This document shows, one piece after another, positions 28,701 to 34,482 of a DNA stretch of 34,482 bases (its first letter is position 1; each line of letters begins with the position of its first letter). Both the position numbers and the translations under genes were made by a program. The stretch lies in the sequence record DRR723986_5559; one strand, 5' to 3'. The notes beneath the pieces were generated by a model that saw only the letters and a list, made by a program, of their open reading frames with translations, had not been told where the DNA came from and searched no databases.

Positions 28701-28867
28701 GAGGCCCCGTCCAGCGTCGCCGTCACGTTGACATACGGAAATTCAACATCGGGAAACAAGTCGACGCCCAATCGTCCCATCGACATAAGGCCGAGGCCGA
28801 CCAAGGATGCGATGAGCATCACGGCAAATACGGCGCGGCGGATCGAAATATCGACGAGCCACATCAT
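25706..28867 (-). CDS. RND efflux permease (AcrB family)
   Basis: 1053 aa; VDLFPDVEFP, GLLVDDAIVV, MKNGILLVD, RLRPVLMT. Confidence 0.95.
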   Translation of the reverse strand: MMWLVDISIRRAVFAVMLIASLVGLGLMSMGRLGVDLFPDVEFPYVNVTATLDGASAETMESEVTDILEEYINTIDGIETLQSFSSEGRAQILIEFNLSSNAREKVQDVRDKVQVALAELPPDMDPPIVDKVDPDAAPIISVMIAGDLPIAELTAFADDVAKERLQRLDGVGAVKLVGGRERAVRIWLDNERLRAFGVTADDVRRAIQSEHAKLPGGRMETDARTREFGVKTVAEVTRANGFADLPVAYRENGVTIRISDVARVEDGLEDERSAAFLNGRRGISLDIRKQSGQNTVEVSHKVKAAAEDLRALAPAGVTIVATRDVSKFIESSIEDVTHDVVIAIGLVVAVTFVFLLNFRATIIVALAIPTSLVATFFGFYLLGFSINVLTLLALTVAIGLLVDDAIVVIEAIMKELEEGKPPLEAALDGTRKVGLAVVAGTAATLAVFVPIAFMDGIVGRFFFQYGLTIVFSVSVSLLVALTLTPMLASRILTSSGVSPVFRPLEAFWDSTDRAYAGLVKLAVRFRIVVILIACASVFAGAWYAARVPSGFTSRADRSEFQGSIELPLGTGVVSALDAAQKIDAELRKIEHVEEVFVSIGAGAQADARVIDLYASLTPKQERQTGQFEIMDQARKAIRIASPEAVKISVLEVPWVSGTTSGSSDIDLLLKGSDLNSLAQYGDHLVREMRARPDFADVRTSFESGRPEAQILFDRTRAGDQSVSARALADTARIALGGLDAGTFEEGGKRYDVRLRLEEDQRESVRDFDRIQVRGADGRLVDIGAVSRVEFASGPSQIDRSDRARKISVLASSATGVSLGEATTTLIEVLEVNPPPAGITYSVGGMSERMQETAGAIGFALLLALLALYMVLASQFNSFVQPLLIMVTAPLSFSGAFAGLYYFGLESSLFAQIGLIGLMGIVMKNGILLVDRANQLIAEGMTERNAILQACPERLRPVLMTAFSAIFGMVPVALATSDGAEWRNALGALLIGGLTSSTILTLVVIPAVFMIPSDVANVVRKLTRLFLWPLTRLRRGEDAARSAALTGGATEDVI

Positions 28868-29982
28868 GAGGGTGAGAGCTCAATCCTGGCGCCGTCATAC
28901 AGCGGCTCTGAGGCTGTCAGGACGACTGTTTCTCCGCTCGTCAACCCGTCAAGAATCTCTACACGATCAGCATCGATGTCTGTGATTTTTACGGGACGTC
29001 GCTCAGCTTGCGCGTTTGTGACAAGGTAGACGTAGCGATCTTCGCCCGTACCTTGAATTGCTCTGCGCGGCAGGACGGTGGCAGACCGGGGATCAACTTC
29101 GACCTCGGCGCGGACCGACTGCCCGGCTTTGACAGCGCAATCGGGGTTCGCAAATGCCATGCGAAATTCTACCATCCGAGAAGTCGGGTCAACTCGGTCG
29201 TTCAAGATGAGGATCTGTGATTGTATCGGATCACTGCGGCCATCGACGTAGAGATGACCTTTCAAGTCGAGCCGCAAACGCGCGAGCTCGGACTCAGGCG
29301 CAAACAAGATCGCTGCCGCAATCCCGCACTCCTGAACCTGAACAACGGCGGAGTTGCCCATTCCGGAGAAGCGGTTGGCCATGAACACGCCCTCATCGAT
29401 ATAGCGAGCTGTGATCGTGCCATCGAATGGCGCGCGGACGGTTGTATCCCCGAGCGCCTGCTTGGCGGTTTCCACTTTTGTCTCCCTGAGTCGCAGGTTG
29501 GCGTCGGCGACCTCAAGGGCGGTCTTGGCATCGTCAAGGACCACAGGGGACACGACGCCTTTGGTTTCCAGTATCGCGTAGCGATCCACGAGTTTCTGTG
29601 CGCGTGAAACTTCGGCCAGCGCAACGTCCCGCATAGCTTCGGCTTCGACGAGGCTGCGCTGATAATCGACCTGCCGGGTTCTAAAGAGCGGATCGCCCTT
29701 ACGAACCCTGTCACCCACCCGGACGAAAATCTGTTCAACGACCCCCTCCGCCAACGCGCCGATATTGCTGGTTTGCTTTGCGGCAATGGTCCCGGATGCA
29801 ATCAAATAGTCGTCCCGCATGACCGTTTCTGCGGATACCGTTTCAACCTGGACAACCCGGGTCTCGACTTCAGCGGTAACGCCGGCCGCCGCAGGGACGG
29901 CTTGCCCTTCAGGCTCTGCGTCCCGGCATCCCGAGACCAGAATCAAAATCACGCAGAGTGAGAGCGTCGTGCGAATCCTCAC
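28864..29982 (-). CDS. RND periplasmic adaptor (MFP), probable lipoprotein
   Basis: LVSGC lipobox, GVVEQIFVRVGDRVRKGD, VRAPFDGTI, GLTSGETVV. Confidence 0.9.
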   Translation of the reverse strand: MRIRTTLSLCVILILVSGCRDAEPEGQAVPAAAGVTAEVETRVVQVETVSAETVMRDDYLIASGTIAAKQTSNIGALAEGVVEQIFVRVGDRVRKGDPLFRTRQVDYQRSLVEAEAMRDVALAEVSRAQKLVDRYAILETKGVVSPVVLDDAKTALEVADANLRLRETKVETAKQALGDTTVRAPFDGTITARYIDEGVFMANRFSGMGNSAVVQVQECGIAAAILFAPESELARLRLDLKGHLYVDGRSDPIQSQILILNDRVDPTSRMVEFRMAFANPDCAVKAGQSVRAEVEVDPRSATVLPRRAIQGTGEDRYVYLVTNAQAERRPVKITDIDADRVEILDGLTSGETVVLTASEPLYDGARIELSPS

Positions 29983-30398
29983 GAACGCCCCTGCATCAGG
30001 TAGGCGCCGCGCCCGCTCGAAAGCAGGGCTCCGTCGGCGTTCATTACAGTTGCTTCGGCGACGGAGAGAGTTGCCCCCAGACGGACAATTCTTCCCGTTA
30101 CACTCAGCGTTCCTGGCGTGGCCGGTTTGTGATAGTCAACCCGCAAGTCCGCCGTCGCGGCAGGCATGTTACCCGAGGCGAGCAGTGCGTAAAATCCGGT
30201 AAGATCAATCAGCGCAGCGATGACACCGCCATGGGCGGATTGTATCCGCGGATTGGAAACCACTTCCTCTCTCCATGGCATTTCCAGCACCAGCTTTTCC
30301 GGGTCCGTACTGATCGCCTTCAACCCTAACCAACGATGGAAGGGTGCCGCTTCGAGTGCAGCCTGCACCTGTTCCAGACTGAGCATGGAATCACTCAT
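29979..30398 (-). CDS. PaaI-family thioesterase (hot-dog fold)
   Basis: PFHRWLG, N…HGGVIAALID, TADLRVDYHKPA. Confidence 0.9.
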   Translation of the reverse strand: MSDSMLSLEQVQAALEAAPFHRWLGLKAISTDPEKLVLEMPWREEVVSNPRIQSAHGGVIAALIDLTGFYALLASGNMPAATADLRVDYHKPATPGTLSVTGRIVRLGATLSVAEATVMNADGALLSSGRGAYLMQGRS

Positions 30399-31273
30399 AC
30401 AGGGGTCTGCTCTCGTATCGTTCGAAGAAAGGACACAACCGCTTCGATGAACACATCGTTGCGATCGCCGGCCACCATATGTCTTGCGCCTGCAACGTCA
30501 GTGTAATGTGCCTGTGGCGCGAGGGATCTAAACGCCGCGACGGAGTCTTCTGAAACCAGCTCGCTCATACGCCCACGGATCAGATGAAGCGGCACACGGA
30601 TGTCCCGAACCGCTTGCTCCAGATCACCGGTGTGAGCAACTCCGGAGCGGCGCATGACGCCGGTGATAAAAGCAGGGTCCCAGTGCCATCGCCAACGCCC
30701 ATCTTCGCCCTGCCGAAGGTTCTTGCGCAGCCCGTCAAGGTCTTTCGGTCTGGGACGGTGTGGTAGGTAGGTGGCAATCACATCAGCGGCCTGTTCCAGT
30801 GAGTCAAAGCCTTCGTGAACATGCGCGCCCATGAACCCGACAACCTTGGTGACACCCGCGGCGTCCATGTTCGGCGTAATGTCGACCAGCGTAACCGATT
30901 CAAACGCATCGCGTGACAACATGCCTGCGGCAACTATGGCTGCTAGTCCGCCAAGCGAAGCGCCGACCAAATGCGGTCGCGTACCACCACGCGCCACGTG
31001 TTCACCAACCTCAATAAGGTCCCGCGCGATAGCTTCCAGAGAGTAATCACCATCTGCAGCCCAATCACTTTCACCGTGTCCGCGAAGATCCAAGGCAATA
31101 GAGCGATAGCCTTCAAATGCCACCGTCTTTGCGGCGCCGCTCCAGGCGTGCCGGGTTTGCCCTCCGCCATGGGCAAAGATCACCGGCGGGGCAGCTGGAT
31201 CGCCAAAAGAACTGAGCGCCAGTTTCAACCCTTGCGCATGAAGATACCCGTCACGACTGCTCAAAATACCCAT
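30395..31273 (-). CDS. Alpha/beta-fold hydrolase
   Basis: HGGGQTRHAW, DLRGHGES, GASLGG, ARHMVAGD. Confidence 0.9.
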   Translation of the reverse strand: MGILSSRDGYLHAQGLKLALSSFGDPAAPPVIFAHGGGQTRHAWSGAAKTVAFEGYRSIALDLRGHGESDWAADGDYSLEAIARDLIEVGEHVARGGTRPHLVGASLGGLAAIVAAGMLSRDAFESVTLVDITPNMDAAGVTKVVGFMGAHVHEGFDSLEQAADVIATYLPHRPRPKDLDGLRKNLRQGEDGRWRWHWDPAFITGVMRRSGVAHTGDLEQAVRDIRVPLHLIRGRMSELVSEDSVAAFRSLAPQAHYTDVAGARHMVAGDRNDVFIEAVVSFLRTIREQTPV

Positions 31274-31286
31274 CCGCTTTGGCTAC

Positions 31287-31319
31287 TTGTAAGGATACTC
31301 TTATTAAGTTACCTTACAA
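31287..31319. promoter_or_regulatory. Inverted repeat in the hydrolase/marR divergent spacer (candidate MarR operator)
   Basis: TTGTAAGG-N17-CCTTACAA, containing the internal palindrome TAAG-TTAC-CTTA. Confidence 0.6.
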
Positions 31320-31340
31320 ATATCGTCAATGGAGAAACGT

Positions 31341-31802
31341 ATGACGTCGCCCACTCGGTCGCCCGCTGCCGTCCTTCAAGGAGATCCCAGAATAGATTTC
31401 AGCTTCCTTCTTGGTGACGTCACCCGCCTATTGCGCCGGGCATACGATCAGGAAATGGCAGCGATTGGCCTGACGCGATCACAGTGGCACCTGCTTGTTT
31501 ACGTGATCAGGCTGCAGAGCCCGACCCAGACGCAACTTGCGGAAGCACTCGATATTGCGCGTCCATCTGTCGGCACGCTGATCGATCATCTCGAAAACAC
31601 AGGTTACGTCTCACGTGTGCGCGATGCTGGCGACCGACGTGTCTGGCGGATTATTCCGACCCGTTTGGCGATCCAGCGCGCAGAAGAGTTTGCGCGAGCG
31701 GCCGAGCGTGTTGCATCGCAAGCCTTCGACTCGGTCGCGCGCAATGATCTGACCAAAGCAACGGCTTTGCTTTTGACAATTAGCGACAATCTGAAGTCCT
31801 GA
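31341..31802 (+). CDS. MarR-family (SlyA-like) transcriptional regulator
   Basis: GLTRSQW, TQTQLAEALDIARPSVGTLIDHLE…DAGDRR. GGAG RBS favours ATG 31341 over 31329. Confidence 0.9.
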   Translation: MTSPTRSPAAVLQGDPRIDFSFLLGDVTRLLRRAYDQEMAAIGLTRSQWHLLVYVIRLQSPTQTQLAEALDIARPSVGTLIDHLENTGYVSRVRDAGDRRVWRIIPTRLAIQRAEEFARAAERVASQAFDSVARNDLTKATALLLTISDNLKS

Positions 31803-31879
31803 CTCGTCTTTGGCCGGACTGAAATGAGGAACTCCCGCGAAAGTCGCGGATCGGCACACAAACGAAACATTGCGGCACC

Positions 31880-31903
31880 TGACCCGCCACTGAGTTTCTG
31901 TCC
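31880..31903. mobile_element. Possible isolated IS3-family (IS407 group) terminal inverted repeat
   Basis: TGACCCGCCACTGAGTTTCTGTCC resembles IS407-group ends (TGACCTGCCACTGAA…TCC, recalled). No transposase is recognisable next to it. Confidence 0.4.
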
Positions 31904-32305
31904 GTAGGGGAATTGCGTTTTTCGGCGCCAAACTCCAAGCAATTGCTGGTTCAATGTCGCTTTTGGGCCAATCCAGCTCTGATGGCCAGAACATTACGAC
32001 CGGCTGGTTCGCTCAACAAGCGCCGTTACGCCCAAGGGTGGAAGGCTGCTCGATTTCAAACTGAGGCACAACCGAACTGAGACCCACAAGGGCGGACATT
32101 CTCAGGAACAATTGGTTGAGGCAGCGACATGATCCTTCGGGAACATTCTTGGATGCGGCAATACGTCGGCCATCTCGGTTGTCGCTCATCACGACGTCGA
32201 CCGCTTTCGGATCTGCAGATGCCGATCCCTCGTTTCCAATTGCTCCCCCCCTTACCGCCGCGGCGGCGACTCGACTTTTCATGGGCGGTGTGAAGGCAAC
32301 CTGGC

Positions 32306-32695
32306 CTACCTATCGATATCCCGTGTATCGCGACCTCCAATCTTCCGCGCGACCTGACCGATGAAATGATCGAACCGCTTCTGGCCGAGGGCGTGGGCGA
32401 TATCGCGATCGCCTTCCGGGATCGGTTCGGTGCGGGTCAGCCAATAGTAGATGTAGTGGGCGAGCGTCTCGTAGGTGTAGGCGACATAGCGCTCGATCTC
32501 GGCTTGTCGTCGGTCGAAGGCATCCACCCGCGCCAGCAGCCGCTCTTCGAGGACCGAGCGCGCCTCTGGATCGAACCAGGCCCTGAGCGCGTCCTCAACG
32601 ATGGCGGTCTTGGTCGCGCCGGGTCTGTCGGCCGCCTCGCAGAGCTGGGCGTAAAGTTTTGTTGAAATTCGAATGTTCACACGTGGCTTTCCCAT
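32306..32695 (-). CDS. CopG/ribbon-helix-helix protein of Tn4371-like conjugative regions
   Basis: MGKPRVNIRIS…TKTAIVEDALRAWF…ETLAHYIYYWLTRTEPIP…GQKRFDHF, located directly after traG. Confidence 0.8.
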   Translation of the reverse strand: MGKPRVNIRISTKLYAQLCEAADRPGATKTAIVEDALRAWFDPEARSVLEERLLARVDAFDRRQAEIERYVAYTYETLAHYIYYWLTRTEPIPEGDRDIAHALGQKRFDHFIGQVARKIGGRDTRDIDR

Positions 32696-32699
32696 GGGA

Positions 32700-34481
32700 T
32701 CAGAACTCCGGCAGGAAATCAGGATCACCGCGATCGGCGGCGACAGCGCGTCGGACGGTTTCGAGGTTGCGGTCATCGGACGGATCGGCGCCGTCCTGCG
32801 GATCCGGTGACAATTCGTGCTCAGGTTCCGCACAATGAGCCTCAGCCGTGATCTCATGTTCCGGCTCCCGGGTGCGTTTCAGTGAGAGGCCGTCCGTCTC
32901 GCCGGGACGTGGCTCTGCTGCCTCGGCGGCAACCGGCGCGGCAACGCATGTCGTCCAGGCGGCGGCGGAGGCATCGCCGGTCCATTCGACGGACGCGGGC
33001 GGCAAGACCCGCCGCGTGAAATTCGCGTCCTCATAATAGCGCAGCTTCTTAGCGAGCACCGGCGGCGTGCCGGAGACCATGACGATCTCGTCGGTCGGCG
33101 CGAGTTGCATGACCTCGCCGGGCGTGACAAGGGCGCGCTGGGTTTCCTGACGCGAGACCATCATATGTGAGAGCCAGGGCGCGAGCCGGTGGCCGGTATA
33201 GTTCTTCTGGGACCGGAGTTCCGTCGTCGTACCGAGGGCATCGGAGACCCGCCTTGCGGTGCGCTCATCATTGGTCGCAAAACTGATCCGCACATGGCAG
33301 TTGTCGAGGATCGAATTGTTCGGCCCGTAAGCCTTCTCGGTCTGGTTCAGCGACTGGGCAATGAGATAGGCGCGGATGCCATAGCCCGCCATGAAGGCGA
33401 GCGCGCTCTCGAAGAAGTCGAGCCGCCCGAGCGCAGGAAACTCGTCCAGCATGAGCAGTAGCCTTCGCTGTCCCTTGACGGGAAGCTGCTCTGTCAGCCT
33501 GCGTCCGATCTGATTGAGGATGAGCCGGATCAGCGGCTTGGTGCGCGACAGGTCCGAAGGCGGAACAACGAGATAGAGCGACAGGGGTTCACCTGCCCCG
33601 ACCAGATCCTCGATGCGCCAGTCTGAATGGCCCGTCACTTCGGCGATGACCGGATCGCGATAAAGCGACAGGAAGCTCATCGCGGTGGAAAGAACACCGG
33701 AGCGTTCATTCTCTGACTTGTTCAGAAGCTCCCGCGCCGCCTGCGCCACGATGGGATGCACGCCGCGCGTCCCCAGGTGCGGTGTCGTCATCATGGCGCG
33801 CAGCGTGACGGCGAAAGAGCGCTTCGGATCGGACAGGAACCGCGCGCACCCCGACAAGGTCTTGTCGGTTTCGGCATAGAGCACATGCAGGATAACGCCG
33901 ACGAGCAAAGCGTGCCCGGTCTTTTCCCAATGATTGCGCCGCTCCAGCGAGCCTTCAGGATCAACGAGAATGTCAGCGATGTTCTGGACGTCGCGCACCT
34001 CGTGCTCGCCCCGCCTGACCGCCATCAGCGGATTGTAGCGGGGGCTGCGCCGGTCAGTCGGATCGAACCGTACGCAGCGCGAAAAGCCCGCGCGCCACCC
34101 CGAAGTCAGGTCCCAGTTCTCGCCCTTGATGTCATGAATGACCGCGCTGCCGGTCCAGGAGAGGAGCGTCGGCACGACCAGCCCAACGCCCTTGCCGGAT
34201 CGGGTTGGCGCAAAGGCCATCACATGCTCGGGTCCGGCATGGCGCAGATACCGCCCGCGCCAGCGCCCGAGGAAGACGCCATCCTCTCCCAGGAGTCCCG
34301 CGCGTTTGAGGTCTGCACCCTTAGCCCAGCGCGCCGATCCATAAGTGGTGACGTTGCGCTCATGGCGGCTGCGCAGGACCGAACCGACAATCGCCGCAAG
34401 AAATCCGAGCGCCGAACCGGATACGGCGATCAGCCCGCCGCGCGCGAAGACCTCCGGCGCATAGGCCTCATAGGCATACCA
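32700..34481 (-). CDS. traG: Type IV coupling protein TraG/VirD4, 5'-partial
   Basis: Frame is open to the window edge (WYAYEAYAP…TTYGSARWA). Walker A APTRSGKG, HDIKGEN, Walker B LMLDEF, IAQSLNQ. Confidence 0.95.
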   Translation of the reverse strand, partial: WYAYEAYAPEVFARGGLIAVSGSALGFLAAIVGSVLRSRHERNVTTYGSARWAKGADLKRAGLLGEDGVFLGRWRGRYLRHAGPEHVMAFAPTRSGKGVGLVVPTLLSWTGSAVIHDIKGENWDLTSGWRAGFSRCVRFDPTDRRSPRYNPLMAVRRGEHEVRDVQNIADILVDPEGSLERRNHWEKTGHALLVGVILHVLYAETDKTLSGCARFLSDPKRSFAVTLRAMMTTPHLGTRGVHPIVAQAARELLNKSENERSGVLSTAMSFLSLYRDPVIAEVTGHSDWRIEDLVGAGEPLSLYLVVPPSDLSRTKPLIRLILNQIGRRLTEQLPVKGQRRLLLMLDEFPALGRLDFFESALAFMAGYGIRAYLIAQSLNQTEKAYGPNNSILDNCHVRISFATNDERTARRVSDALGTTTELRSQKNYTGHRLAPWLSHMMVSRQETQRALVTPGEVMQLAPTDEIVMVSGTPPVLAKKLRYYEDANFTRRVLPPASVEWTGDASAAAWTTCVAAPVAAEAAEPRPGETDGLSLKRTREPEHEITAEAHCAEPEHELSPDPQDGADPSDDRNLETVRRAVAADRGDPDFLPEF

Positions 34482-34482
34482 C

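Larger units (their letters stand above)
9051..34482. mobile_element. tRNA-Asp-integrated genomic island / ICE-IME (Tn4371-like traG-copG), partial
   Basis: att core at left, arm-type-like repeats, IS scars, cargo with visibly weaker GC3 bias than 601-8963, and traG+copG at right. Integrase not in window. Confidence 0.75.

Noticed and set aside
31814-31876. Hammerhead-like CTGA…GAG…CGAAAC
   Set aside because: The core is CTGAAATGAG rather than CTGANGA, and stems II and III do not pair convincingly.
32013-32364. Short ORFs after copG as a trbB remnant
   Set aside because: No resemblance to a TrbB/VirB11 N-terminus or ATPase motifs in the translated frames.

Overview
Alphaproteobacterial, high-GC DNA (Hyphomonadaceae-like by gene content; inference) in two parts. 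(1) 1-9020 is host chromosome. It carries a divergent sulfide-response locus: sqr-trxC-DUF2892-TolC on the minus strand and rhodanese-MFP-RND-ArsR (SqrR/BigR-like) on the plus strand, ending at a bidirectional terminator. (2) From 9051 to the window end is an integrated element. Its left boundary is a 14-nt copy of the tRNA-Asp 3' end, followed by arm-type-like repeats and IS scars. The ~21.6 kb cargo has a GntR/FadR-controlled divergent catabolic cluster. It encodes a CYP153 P450 with ferredoxin, two heteromeric acyl-CoA dehydrogenase pairs, a FadD19-like CoA ligase, an Ltp2-like thiolase-fold protein with a DUF35 partner, an NMO/FabK-like flavoprotein, a Baeyer-Villiger monooxygenase and an alpha/beta hydrolase. 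It also has a Nudix hydrolase and a MarR-linked hydrolase-thioesterase-MFP-RND operon. The right end holds copG and a partial traG of a Tn4371-like backbone, with no trb genes after them. The most interesting hypotheses are a mobile alkyl-cycloalkane/branched-hydrocarbon pathway (retro-aldol then BVMO) and an SQR-coupled RND exporter. All assignments come from motif reading only; no searches were run.
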